Positions 1-12,978 of a DNA stretch of 64,000 nucleotides are shown here, in pieces. Location of the stretch: assembly GCF_025526975.1 (NCBI RefSeq), contig NW_026515668.1:1922001-1986000 (forward strand), in the 5' to 3' direction. The number at the start of each line of letters is the position of its first letter. The first letter of the stretch is position 1. The position numbers and the translations under genes are program-made. The notes beneath the pieces are model-generated. The model ran no database searches. It was given only the letters and a program-made list of their open reading frames with translations, and was not told where the DNA came from. This DNA comes from Fimicolochytrium jonesii. Its lineage: Eukaryota.

Positions 1-1174
1 AAACTCCTCGGTGGGAAGTGGGGAGTCGAAGAAAGATACGCCAACTGATGCCGTCGGAACTAACCCGCTCCTTCCGCGTCCTAAACCCTTCCACCTGTTT
101 CTTTGTGTTCTTCGGCACTTGCGTGTCGGTGAGGAGGAACCGAAATGCGCTGAATCCGTCTACAGTCTCCAGCTTCCCTTTCGTGTACAGTTTGGCACCG
201 CCTGCGATCGAAAGGGGTCAGCCTGCCAGTCCCGTAGCTGTTATTTCCGTGTTGTTGCGACAGACCAGGGCCATACCATACGTCGCCAGCGCGTTATCAA
301 TCCCGGACGGATTCCCATGGATGACCTTCTCGGCCATGAACGCCCACCCGTTAATCAAGTCCATGTCGGTGGTAGTAAGGTTGCCGCCGTCCAGATGGCC
401 TGAGTATGCGAGCAGCGCGGTCGCGATCGCCACGCTGTAGGATGCGGAGGAACCTAGACCGGCGCCGACGGGTAGCGCTGAGCGCACGCAGATCTCGATT
501 GGGGGGAGGGGTTTGGGTGTTGCCTGATGTCTGGGATGAATGATTGTGATGAACGGTTGTGGACAGTTGGATGTGCCGCCCTGGTGAGATTGTTGCTTAC
601 CTCCAACATATGCATAGGTATAGGTGCAGGAAGGCGGCTGCCGCCTGGGTAGTGGGGGATGATTGTAGCTGGGCCAGGCTTTCCAGGATGACCACCTCTG
701 CGAGCGACGACAGAGCTTCTGGCGTTGGAGTCTTCGCGTTGTCCCCTACAATCGTGCTCTCGTTCAGGAAAACCCTCGCCCTCCTCTTCGTGCCGTGCCC
801 CATGACAAACAAAGCTACCTTTGCCATGCAACCGCGCTAACGTCTCCAGCCGGCCACTATCCCACTCAATCGGATCCGGGCAAATATCAGGCAGCCGCAA
901 CCTGACCAGCGGTGGATTCGCCCCTGCAGTCGTTGCATGGGTAGGTTCTAGCCATGCGTAGGTTCGTAATGCGAGGCTGGCTGCTATCGCTGGCTTCAGA
1001 AGACGTGACAAGAGACGAGGGAGAGTTAGCATACAGCTTTCCGGTTTGTAAAGGGTGTTCCTCGTCGTCGTCGTCGTTTATTTCACGCACCTTCTCGTAG
1101 ACAACGGCGTGCTCGCCAAAAAGGATGACTTTTCCGGGGGCGGACGCCAGTATGGCGTTTTGGGAGGCGGTCAT
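1..1174 (-). CDS. ERG12: Mevalonate kinase (GHMP kinase), multi-exon, 3' end runs off the window
   Basis: ATG 1174 MTASQNAILASAPGKVILFGEHAVVY; later exons give GHMP motifs LPVGAGLGSSAS and EKVIHGNPSGIDN. Confidence 0.93.
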
Positions 1175-1373
1175 TGCCGGTTGCCCTGTGGTGTGCTGTG
1201 CTGTCCTGTACCGTACCGTGAACTGGTTATCGACTTGCGAGCGCACACAAAGTCCAATGCGGGCAATGTCACTACCTCCGTGAGTTTGCGACGCGCGACT
1301 GTCCAGACTTCAAGGCTTTCAGGGCGGGGTTCCAGAACGTCGCTCGCAAGTGGACTCCCAAAGCAAAGCTACG

Positions 1374-1970
1374 ATGAACGCCGTACAAGAAGACGAACGC
1401 AGCACCGCCCACGCCTCCCAGAAGGACACGCCGCTTCCCCAGTCAGCAGAGGAACTGGGCGATTTCGTAAGTAGTGGCGGGGTGTGATCTCGCGCTTTTG
1501 TAGCGGTATCGTACGATGGCGATAGGGCAACGAAACAAAAGCAAACATACAGCTCAACAAAGTGGGTTTCGACATTTGCAGGTAGCTAAGAGCTTGGCAT
1601 TGATGGTATGATGCTATTAGTTATCACTTTGAGACGCCGCGGTGCTATCGACAGCCAGGTTCTCTGATACGGATATTGATGGATGGGATTTTCAGCAAGA
1701 ACGACTAGCACACGCTTCTAACGAGATGCTATCTAAAAGTGAGTGACGGGAAACAACCTGAATTTGGCGGTTGGACATGCAGATACCTCTGCTGACAAAT
1801 GATCATTGCATGATACCGTTCTGGCAGTGGAGGACATGGGCAGCAGAATCGACACCCTCGAGCGGTCCATCGTAGAAGTGCTGAATCGGTCTGCAGGGGG
1901 GTCAAAGACGAAGGATGGGACGCCAGCAGCGGAAACGCAGGAAACGGAGACATCTGCAACGACGGAATGA
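1374..1970 (+). CDS. HSBP1: Heat shock factor binding protein 1, 100 aa, exons 1374-1466, 1582-1605, 1696-1738, 1828-1970
   Basis: GT-AG splicing gives an in-frame ...QSAEELGDFVAKSLALMQERLAHASNEMLSKMEDMGSRIDTLERSI..., the HSBP1 pattern; divergent from ERG12; absent from the ORF track. Confidence 0.85.
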
Positions 1971-2729
1971 ATGGGCTGAGGCTCGGAGATGGGAGGGGTT
2001 CCGAACGAAGGGTTTCCAGATGATGAGGATGTAATTTAAGGGCCAGCAGTAGCGGGATGTATTGGCGGAACGCAAGGGAAAGCTGTGTGTCTTTCTGTCG
2101 GTACATTGTACTGTACATTGATCCCTGTTTTGAGAGTGATACTCTGAGTGATACTGCCGGGGATCGAGGCGTATCCTACCAGTACATGTATGTACATACA
2201 GGATGCTGGAAGTAGTCTCTCTGTTACACTGAGGGTATGACAATAACTAGCCGGGAGCGCTCGCTTCGCTCGCTGTGATTTGAATTGGAGCCTTTTCCCA
2301 AACTCTCGTATTATCAGAACAACCGTTGCGAAGTCTCTCGTTGTCCGACAGTTGCGTTGCTGGATTGACAGCCTGACATGCAACGTTGATGCCACGACAT
2401 AACGACCGTTTCAGTATTGATACACTGCCGAATAGAAGAAGCTATTATAATAGTACGTCACATCTACTCTAGGGTTAGGGTGTTCAGGGTCCTTTTGTGT
2501 ACATGTATGTGATCCCATCGGGTCTGGAGATATAATAGAGGTTCATACGCCGGACCGCCTTATCAAATGAAGAGATCCACAGATTAAAAGCACCTTCAAA
2601 ACGGACGCCATCTGAAAAGTCTGAAATCAAACAGCGCTTCCCCAAATTGATAGCTCCTAGAAGAAAGGATGACAAGAATCTCAGAACATTGCGCCCCATT
2701 CATAAACAAGTTCAACACCACCTAGGCAC

Positions 2730-4030
2730 TCACCTTCGACTGTGGACTTGGGTCCAGATGATTCCCGCCAAAATGAGCCCCAGGGACACTAAGAAGAGCA
2801 CTTTCTCCCAAAGGTCTATCTGGCCTTTGCGACTGAGCTTCTGCTCTTCCAATTCTCTGATCCGCCCTTCCAGGTCGCGCTGTTCGCTGCCGAGCTTCGT
2901 GCATTCGCCCTGCAAGGATTTGATCCGCAACTTGAGGGCGTTGCCCTTTCGTATCGCGTCATCTGCCAATTGGAGGGCATCCCGATATCTCTCTTCCGAT
3001 TCTCTGATCCGCCCTTCCAGGTCGCGCTGTTCGCTGCCGAGCTTCGTGCATTCGCCCTGCAAGGATTTGATCCGCAACTCGAGGGCGCTGCCCTTTTGTA
3101 TCGCGTCATCTGCCAATTGGAGGGCATCCCGAGGATTCGATCCGCAACTCGAGGGCTTTGCCCGTTTGTATCGCGTCATTTGCCCATTGGAGGGCATCCC
3201 GATATCTCTCTTCCGATATCTGATCTCCCCTTCCAGTACGGCCCTGTCTCTCTCGTCTCGTGTGGCCTGTGCGGGTAATCTCGCATTCTCCTCCCCCCGT
3301 CTCGCCCAGTTCGCTCTGTGGAGTATGGCTTCGGACCGTAATAAAGCGATCGCTTCGTCCAGTGCTGCCTTATCCTCGTTGTGTTCCGTGATCCGCTTTC
3401 GGAGTCTGGTATTCTCTTCGTCCAGTATTGACCTTTCCGCTTCGTAACGGGCCACCTCGAGCTGGGATCTCCGGTTCGCGTCCTCCCATCTTGCACGATC
3501 CTGCTCGGATTTTCCCGCCCGACTCCGTAGTCTCGCGTTCTCTTGCTCTAGTCTTGTCAAATCCTCACTGCTTTGGTCCTCACCACCCAAGTCTTTAACC
3601 ACTTCGTCATTGAGGGTCTGAATGCCCGCCACCAATTCCATCCGGACATTATAACATTCCGCAAGTCCGCAGGCCACACCGAGTCAATTTGCGCGGGGAA
3701 TACTCCTTTCATTACAGGTTCTGTGCCGGGTCTCTGCGGAGCACAATGAGTCGTTTGCAAACCTGCATATCCGTGAATCTCATAGAGGGCAATGCCTTCT
3801 TAGACAACATCTCCCATACAACAGTTGCAAACGAAAAGACGTCAAGCTTGGCGGTCACCACCTTCTGCCCGTCGGGGCGCCCATACATTTCGGGGGCATA
3901 ATACCCGGGCGCTCCTCTGCGGGAAGCCCTCATCAACCCACTCTCGGGAAGGAGCAGTGCTTTATGGCCACTGACGGTAGTAGCCCAAATGCCGTCAATT
4001 TCGACGCGCCCGGCGTGAGTTCTCGCAACG
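2730..4030 (-). pseudogene. Degenerate protein-kinase C-lobe fused to repetitive coiled coil with C-terminal hydrophobic helix
   Basis: Kinase-like fragments in different frames (SKLTAFGL; GAPGYYAPEMY...KLDVFSFATVVWEML; DLRNVIMSGW...RPSM), then coiled coil ending VLFLVSLGLILAGIIW; frameshifts, no N-lobe. Confidence 0.6.
2852..3217. repeat. 147-bp (49-aa) tandem repeat, two near-complete copies plus a partial one
   Basis: ATTCTCTGATCCGCCCTTCCAGG at 2852 and 2999; LRIKSLQGECTKLGSEQRDLEGRIRE occurs twice in the protein. Confidence 0.9.
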
Positions 4031-4349
4031 TCCGTTTTGGCATCCTACTGTCAAGTACGGAATAGCAGCGAACTACATACATACAGTACACCATCTGGTC
4101 CGTCTACACTACTTCAGACACTGCAGTATAGCCAGTCTACGTTACAAGTCGCAACCGGACTTTGCGATTTCAATCTTGCAGCAAAGGTGTTACGAGACTC
4201 TCCGCTTCCAATCATCTCCTCACACCGTACGCCACACACCAATCCGATTACTTTCACCACCGCCCTCTCACACTATAACCGCCCAGTTCGTCTAACAATC
4301 GGCAGCGCAAACAACACCGGTAACTTGGAAAAAACTGCGAGCACAAACG

Positions 4350-6391
4350 ATGGCACCCAAAAAGAAACGCGGCAAATCAGCCTCCCGCAAAAGCAAGGCC
4401 GTCGCGGGAAAGAGACTGACGCCGGAACAGGCTGCTGCTGTGCTCACGTTTGTCATGTAAGATGGGTGGATGATTGGTTTTGACGGGGTTACGATTTGCG
4501 ACTTATGTGAGACGCATCTAGGGTCGAGTCGAAGAAACAGTCGGTAATGCAGTATCGGATGCAGTACCTTGATCAGTAAGTTGTAACCTAAGTGACAGAC
4601 TGGGGTTGGATTCAGACCAGATTCTCGTGTGCATGTCGCCCGTTCAGAACGGGAGAAACGAGCGACATTTGGTGCAGGCCTCTTGCCACTGGTTATGCTA
4701 CGAGCCCAAACTACCTGCCCTTGCCGGTCATCCCTCCACCGTCAGATAATTTCCCACATCAAAAGCTCAAATCACTCATCTCCAAACAGACGCGATGAGC
4801 TCAAAAAAGCGAAAGAGCGTCTCAAACGAGTCCAGGAGGAGCGGGTATGGCCATCGTCACCCATAATTCGGCTAAGACAACCAGTTGATTTCAGTAGCTG
4901 ATTTCTCCGTTTTTCTTCCACTCGCAGTACGGCTACATGCGCACAGTGATCGACACAACCGAACTTATCACCCACAAACTCGAAACCTTACACCTCCAAC
5001 AATCCTCACCCCCGCATCCCCATTCCCCGACCACATCCCCCTCACGCCCCGTGTCCTCATCGACGCCTTCTAAACCGGGGAAGATGGGATTGGGAACACC
5101 TGGAGGCGGTGTGTGGGCGGGAGGTGCAGGCGCAGGGGGTGCGGGAGCGGCGGCGCGGGGGCTTGAGAGTGCGATGAATGAGAAGTTGGCGAGGCAGGGG
5201 GTAGAATTGGATGGTACGTAGCCTGGAAACGTCCTCTCAACCTACATATCCCCCCACTACTCACAGCCCCACCCACCATCCACACAGATCTAACAACCAC
5301 CCTAACAACCCACAAACACACCCTAAACTCCCTCACCACTATCCACGCAACCCTCACCCGCACCGACGCCCTCACCGCCCTCCAAACCCTCTACACAACA
5401 ACCCTCCACGAGCGCGACAACCAGACCGCGGCACATACAGCGGAAGTGGAGGCGTTGATGAGACGGCATGGGATGGCGCTGGAGGGCGGGAAGAGACGGA
5501 CCGAGTGTATCGTTGCTAGTGTTGAGGGGTTGGCTACGCAGGTGGGTGTTGGATTCCCCATCGGTTGTTGTCAATTGTGTGACTCATGGTTGAATGTTAT
5601 AACAGCATGAACTAGACACGATCCCACCCGCCTACCTAACCACCGTCCTGCGGCATAAAACACTGCAGCACAAGTTATCGCTTGCCATCAGTGAACGGGA
5701 TAGATTGAAAGCGCATGTGGATGCGTTGCATGTGAAACAGCTGGAATTGGTGGTGGGGGAGGACGAGGAGTGTGTTGATTGGGATTTGGGGGTTGGGTTG
5801 GGTGGGTGTGATGGGAGTGGTGAGGATGACGAGGATGAGAACGATGGGGATTCGGAAAGTGCGGATGGGGAGGAGACGTTTCCGTCGATACAACCGCGGA
5901 TACCGTCTGCCGGCAACAACATACGGCCAGCAACAGCCCCCGCACAACCACCATCAATCTCGGCTACACCACCTCCCCATCGACCCCAAAGCGCCACCCA
6001 CCTCCCACCTCTCCCCACTGCCCATCTAACCCAAGCCACCCCACGCTCCACCCTCCCTCTCACAGCCTCCTCCATCATCGCGCGAGAACGTGCACGAGTG
6101 CGGCAACGGATCCTTCGATCGACCAAGACGTTATCTGTGCTCGGTCATCGCGCACCCCTCCGTGACCTTGATGTGCGCACGCATGGCGGGGTGTTGGTTA
6201 TGATGGTTAGGGGCGGGCGTGGGGGGGATGTTTGGGTGAAGCCGGGGGTGCAGGGGGCGCAGAGTCAGGGACGTGTGAGACAGGGACGGGGCCATGAGGG
6301 GCAGGAGGGACAGGGGAGGTATTCGGGAGGTGTGCGCTCGCCGTATGTGCCGCAGCATTTTGTGAATGCGGTGGGGGTTCGGATGGGATGA
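4350..6391 (+). CDS. Multi-exon coiled-coil protein, possibly CCDC83-like
   Basis: ATG 4350 MAPKKKRGKSASRKSK; GT-AG-bounded exons RDELKKAKERLKRVQEER / YGYMRTVIDT; last exon in frame with ORF 5705-6391; family call from remembered resemblance only. Confidence 0.5.
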
Positions 6392-7224
6392 CTGGGGGGT
6401 GCGATGGGTGCGATACCGAGCAAGCCCTTCCCTTGCGCTTGACGGGGGGACCGCGAAATGGCACGCGTCGGCAGACACGCACATTTCGGCTCACGAAAGA
6501 GGCCAGGTTGATCTTGGATGGTGAGGTAGAAAGACGGTAGAATATGTAGATCGGAAAATAGTCAGCGACGATTACTGCCCTATAAGCACTCTACCATTCT
6601 ATAATGCATGTACGCTTGTAGTGTTACACGCCCATCGTTATCCTTGAACTGGAATCGACGCTCTCAACGCGAAGCCAGATGCATCGAGGCCAGATTGCTC
6701 GCTCCAGAACAGCCAAGATCAGTACAGATGTTGCGCCGCGGTTTGCTGTTGATTGTCGTGAGACCTGTGTGGGGAACAAGGCACGTCAATGCTCTGTTGA
6801 TGAGGTGACGAGGTTTGCGTCAGGATGTGGGAAGGACGTATGTACAGTAGCTGGCCGCCTTTGCGTAGCTGTGTGCATAGAGGCCTCTCGGTTGAGTGAG
6901 ACCCCCGTCACCGGAATCTACGTATCAAACGAGGTTCACTATATGATATAGAGGCAGCACCGCCGCCGCGCTTACAATAAACTCTCTTCCTGTGAAAGCA
7001 GTCAACCGTCAAGAACGACGACCGAAGGCGCGGCATGTCGTCTCCGCCAAGTCTAACGCCATAACTGCCAGACTCAAGTCGCCCGCACAAGTCCACCAAG
7101 CACTCGTGTCAAGATGCCTTTCGAGACGGCAGTAGAGGGTGTTTCAAAGATGGTTACTAGTTAGTCCCTTTGCGAACTCCCCGTATTTGGCCCACAGAGT
7201 GCCCCAGTGAGAACGAGTTTCCAA

Positions 7225-7500
7225 GCGGTTGGGGAGGGTGGGGAGTCGGCAAGGGGGGAAATGTCCTAGGGGGCGCTGGGCAGGAGAGGCCGGCAACTCA
7301 AAACGGGCTGTCGGCGTTGTGGAGTGGACGAGGAGGGAGGGGATGGGTGGAGGGTGAGCCAAGCATTGCAGACTCCCCACCCTCCCCAACCTATTGCCCA
7401 CTCCACGACCCCGACGGCCCGTTTTCAGTTGCCGGCCTCTCCTGCCCAGCGCCCCCTAGGACATTTCCCCCCTTGCCGACTCCCCACCCTGCCCGCTCGC
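7225..7500. repeat. Foldback inverted repeat (~93-bp arms, ~70-bp spacer), MITE-like
   Basis: 7235-7327 is the near-perfect reverse complement of 7398-7490; the spacer (7371-7391) also complements 7227-7247. Confidence 0.85.
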
Positions 7501-10131
7501 CCCACTTGTGCCCCCCGCCGACGTGCCGACCCGCAGGATCCTAGACTTCAGCAACTACCGCTCTGTCCCTGGCATCCCTTCTACAGTCATGACGCGCGCC
7601 AACACTTCGTCCGAGGATTTTGTTGACGCAGGACTTGCCTCTGAGGGGAGAGATACCCAGAACAATTCTGGATGAGGGGGGATCGGTTATGGAGTTATCG
7701 CTCCGTGTGGTGGGAGGGAATGACACCACCCCTGATCAAACCGACTCCCCGCCCGCCCCCAAACCCATCGATCAAACCTGCCTGAACTCCGTGCTTTCCT
7801 CCGTTTACGGACGCTCACTTCAATTAGGACGGGAAGCCAACTTTTTGCGAGGGTACTGTACGTGTCCACTTCGTGAGAGAGATACAATACGAGTTAATGA
7901 TGCGCCTGCAGACTTCATGATTCAGATTGGATCTAAGATGCGTGCAGGTGTCGATGGAGAAAGAAGAGAAGGGGTGAAAGACGCATTAAATAGTTGCGCA
8001 GAACCAAACACGACCGAAAGAAAAGAAGCAGTAACAAACGGTACGCACCCCGTACAGGCACGGTGGTGAGACGGGGGCGAATAGCATGGGTGTGACCAGA
8101 AGGACCTGGCCGCGCGAGCCAGGATGCGACAGGCGAGGCGGGCCCGCACAAAGGCGAAGTCTTGCCCAGGTCGGATGAGGGCCTGATATGTCGAGACGAT
8201 CACAGCGTTCAGTTGTCGCATTGGCCCTTCCGGAACCGGTCGGGGTCGTAGAAACTTGCAAAACTACACGACGGCCAAAAAATCGTCCATTCAGTTCGTT
8301 GAGGGCTGAAACAAAGGGAAAGGAGTTCTCTAGTCTTCGGAGGCGAATGCTGCGATCCAGCTACTACTAAGCATACGTAGGCCACGAACTGCTCCCATAT
8401 ACCGACCGTTAGTGTTGTTCGCCCACAATCACAGCTTCGCTTCGATCGCAAGCAGACGGCTCAAGGCCACCGCTGTACTTTATATGAGGTCCAAGATGGC
8501 TCAAACACCATCATTGCATTATTGCAATTGGGGGAAGGGAACGTCAGCTGGCGCGCGCTGTTTCGACTATCGTTGCAACCCATGACAGCGGATGAATATG
8601 TCAGTGGTAGATCTAGTTATGGACAGGGGACGTTTGAGATCACTCCATAATGCCAATGACGAAAGACGCTGTCACGATATTGCTCGTTCATTACTCCCGG
8701 TCATGTTCCCCCGCAACTCGTGGCAGCATGTCAACAGGGAGTCACCGTGACGGCAACCCCGCATTATAGGCTTAATTCCCGCAACCACGCTTACTGCCTA
8801 GGAAAAAGCGATCAATTGCGCGGACCCACGGACGCTCGAGCTGGATGGAGTAAAAGTGAACAAGTGTGCGCATCGTCAGACGCGCTGTCGGAATCCGTCA
8901 GACTTGTCACTGATAAAGGTTGCAGGGACCGATCTCGCCGTAAACGAGCTAAGCAGAACGGCCACCTTTCGGAAAGGCACACACATGCGTCTCCTTCATT
9001 TGCCTAATTCGCAGGCCTTTCCTATATGTCATACAAGATCTCGATCGAAACAACGAGAGACGAAACTTGAAGCTGTGGTCTCGCCTTCCGCGCGAATGTA
9101 AACAAGATGCTTCACTCGAGTATGAGACGAAGGGTCTGCTGTTCTTCCTGCATCAGCGGCGAGAAAGCGTCGCATGAGCTATTCCCATCAGAAAGCGTTG
9201 TTGTATGCGGCGCCATCTTTGTGGAAAAAGACTTTCCACGTCGGCGCCTCGTCAACGGACCGCCGGTGGACCTGAACTCGATTCCCATACACCGACAACC
9301 ACACCCTCACCCTCTCCCGGGTGACCCATGCCAAGAATTGCAGCCGCCCCTGTTCAACGCGATCGAATAAGATGTCGGATCTTTGTTGGGAAGGCTGATG
9401 ATGGCCAGTTCCAGAACCCTGACGGGGCCTTCCTCAGAACTTGACCTCGCCTTTCTGGCAAATTCATGGTTCAACTGATCGTCTCCGTGTTGATACTAGG
9501 CATAAGGACGGCGGGAACGGGCAACGGTATAAATGGTAGGAACAAATTGACCTCAAGGAAGTCCAGAGAAGTTGGAAAGATGTTGTGATTGATTTGCTAA
9601 CATTACCCTTCCGTCTCAATGCACTATGCATGCCGTGCAGTTTGCCGGGCCTTTATCTTGCTCCCTTTTCATATGAGCAGGCTGGAGGGGAGAATAGGTG
9701 TTGGACGACACTGCTCGCGTGCAGATACAGTAGGCCAGAGACGTAGAGGCGCAACCAGCTCTTTTCAGAACGCCCACAAAAACTTTTTCCTCGATAGATA
9801 TTTAGAAACAGGATCGCATCGGTTAATAAAGACACTCAGAGTGGGTTGTAGCCATGTAAGGGACGTGCCACAAATGAGACCACTGGAGATGCAATTTGGT
9901 TCACTAACACTTCCGGGCGTACCCAAGCTTTGCAAATGTCGCTGGTACTGTTGCTCCCCCGAATGCTGAAATGTAGCTTTCTGGCCCGGTCACATAAGCT
10001 GTGTTCCCTAACAGGCCGACTCTTCAATACTTCCTCGATGCTATTCCTGATCATTCCATTCTCATTCTCCCACTTTTGTCGCTTGACTAGTTTGCTCTCT
10101 ATACGTTCGAACGGCCGGATGCGGACGTATC

Positions 10132-10964
10132 TCAGGCGCTATTTCTTCCCTGCGCCTGCAAGCTGTACGGAGCCGGTCTCTGAGTTGTGGGGCCGTGGAC
10201 CTCCCGAATTGCAGGAGGTGGAATGTACGGAACCGGGTATGCGTATGGATGGACCATTGGCGTGGGCATATATGGCTGGGACCCGTACGGGGTCTGGATG
10301 GGGTACTGTTGGGGCATGTGCGGGGTTGCAGATGGTCGACCCGAAGTTGGCTGAGTGTCACCTGGAAGAGTCGGTTCGGACAGAGCTAGCAGTCTGTCGA
10401 GTTTGCTTTCAATCCGATGAGCTATGCCTTCGATCCGGTGAGCTATGCCTTCGATCCGCATTGTCGTAGCCCAATGCATTGGAGATTCACGTGCGCTGCC
10501 CATATCTCCACTGTCGATTCGGCTGCTTTGCATACCCTGCGGTCCTGTTCGAACTCCGTCAATTTGTACTCTCTCGGAGCTTTTGCTGGTGATACTGTTT
10601 CCCCGTCCGCCTCCGCATCTGGTTGTCCTTCCCCATCCTCCGGCTCCGAGGGGGATGCTTTTGCATGCGTTGGAGTTTCCTCGGAAATCTTGTCGTCCTC
10701 TAAATCCAGCTCGATCACAGGGCGTTCTTTACGGGCAGAGGACGTCGCGGTGGCGGCCGCTTTGACGGCGTCGATCTCGGCCTTGTGCTTATACCAACAC
10801 CTCATGCATGCAGCTCTGTAGACGACTTTACCGCGGACGAGGCCTGTTTTCCACAGGCACGATTCGGTCCCGCCGCACCAACAGCATTTGCCACCGAGGG
10901 CTTCGCATTTTTTCCCGCGCTTGTCCTTGCCTTGGTTCTGGAAATTGGGGTTGGTCTTGGGCAT
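10132..10964 (-). pseudogene. GATA-like C4 zinc-finger protein, frameshifted or spliced
   Basis: CCWCGGTESCLWKTG...AACMRC resembles CxxCxTxxTPxWRxG...CxxC; continues in another frame into RIEGIAH repeats (21-bp tandem, 10413-10458) and a P/Y-rich tail. Confidence 0.35.
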
Positions 10965-12978
10965 GTTTGAGTGCTGTGCTGTTTGTTGCTGTGCTGAATG
11001 TGCGCTGTATGTGGTGTTGTGTTGGAACTCTGTGCTTTGCGCAAGTTACGACACCAAAAACCTCTGGAACCTTGGCGCGGCGTTGAAAAGCTCAAAAAAG
11101 GTGCAAGAATATGACAGGAACGCGCTGTCGATATCGGAACAGGAGACAAAGTCGCAGGAAAGCTGTCGGAAACGGACAGCATGTCCTTAGTCTTGAGCCC
11201 GCTACACGTTCCGGTACAGACTCGAAATGTTCCAGAGATGAAGGTAGAACAATATTTTCTTTCGCGGGTGGTAAACGATGATGATTGTTTGGCGACATGC
11301 TATCCGCATAAGCAAAGCCAACCCTGAATACCTGGGAAAAAGGTGATCTGTCCGCAACATGGCTCCAAAATCATGTTGTGAACAAGGGAGTTGTCCCTCC
11401 ACATCACCATATTGTCGTATTGTCCTCCAGAAAAAAGCATCCATTCCATACATCCATAAAAAACAAAGATGTTCCAAAAGTGATACGTCCCAAAATCCGT
11501 ATACGTCTAAATATTAACGCCCATCATCGTCCAAACTGTCAGTATCTCCCCGCTCCCCCCGAGTCCCAGACTATCACGAGGCGTGCCTGAACCACATGGA
11601 GCAGCCACATACCCTCCCGAGGAAGTCACATAATCCGCAAGGAAAGCCACATAACCGCACATCGGAGGAATCCCATACAGCGTCAAGCTAGGTGGAAGGT
11701 GTCGCCACCCGAGTTACTCTTCGTTCGATGCGTTGAAGTCTAAAGACCCTCCGTCTTCATGTCGGAAGGAAGCACTTCAGGGAGGACCCGGTCCCGCAAG
11801 ACAGCGTGAGGGGTGTGAGATGTGCGCGACCAAACTCGCAGCCTTGACGCCTTGTCGTGAAATGGCAGGATTGCCTAGCCAGACACTGCCCCCTCGCTTA
11901 AGCTGATGTCCAAAGAACAGACACCAACGGAGTATGGAGGAATGGGAGAGTCGAACTCCACCAGTCGCCAGGTGAGCGAGCCCTCCAGTAGAGCTCTTTC
12001 CCCGCAGGAAATGCCACACAAACCCCCAGAGGAAGCACCACAGGGCCCCGGACGAGTCCCAGTGGAACAGACAGAACCCAAACCCCTCTTCCCATAAGTC
12101 CTCAAGCTACTTGGTCGGCGTCATCATCAGTCATTCATGATCCTCCTTTGTGCCGAGCCTTCGTTTGATTCGCTGGAGCTTCATGGCGGCCCTGGGGTTC
12201 ATGACGATTGCGTGGGTTTGGGAGTCCGAAAATGAAGGTGGCGCAGGAAGGTGTGGCGTGCGGGTGGCGCAATCCAGTCATTAATTAGCTTCCCGACAAA
12301 GGCCACAATTTCGGGCCACAATTTCGTCGTCCATCCCAGCACCCCGGCGCACATGGATCTGGACTGAAGAAGCTTCCGTTTTTCATGGGAGCCTTCGAGC
12401 CAAGAGACGGAGATCCCCATCATCACCCGGTCATTCGGGGAGGCAGCATTGGGGATGAGAGGGTACGGGAAGGTAGGATGGCCGTCAAAGAGGGCTAAAT
12501 TGGCCCTCCCATGAGAGGCAAATGCATGCGATCTTCTGTCGAATTTTTCGAGAGGTTGGTTGGCGACCGGGGATGTCCGGGCACTAAAGAATCACCGGAT
12601 GGCGGCCGTCGCACACAATCCACCCTCGCCACGCGTTCGTTCCGTCCTACCGTCTACGGCAACGTCCAATGTCACATCATCCATCATTCATGGTGAAGAA
12701 CAACGGCAGAGGCGGGCATATGATATGGCTTGAGAGAAGGGACCAGGATCCAGGGTACAGTAGAAGAGGGACCACTGCAGTATCGAGTCTATCGACAGCT
12801 TTTATCCCGCTCCTGGGGTCTGCGTTTCTTCTGCAAAGAGAACACCGACTCGGACGGCCTTTCGCCAAATATCCTTCCAAACACCCACAGCCAAAAGTCT
12901 AGAAACTTAGAAACTCACATTCAGAACCATCCCTACGTAGTACTCTGCCAAAACGCTGAAGCGAAACCATAGTACGCT

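Noticed and set aside
2469..2490. Telomere-like TAGGGTTAGGG
   Set aside because: Fewer than two full units; expected by chance.
11460..11550. AT-rich segment with CGTCC motifs resembling a Mutator-type TIR
   Set aside because: No inverted partner or TSD found in the window.
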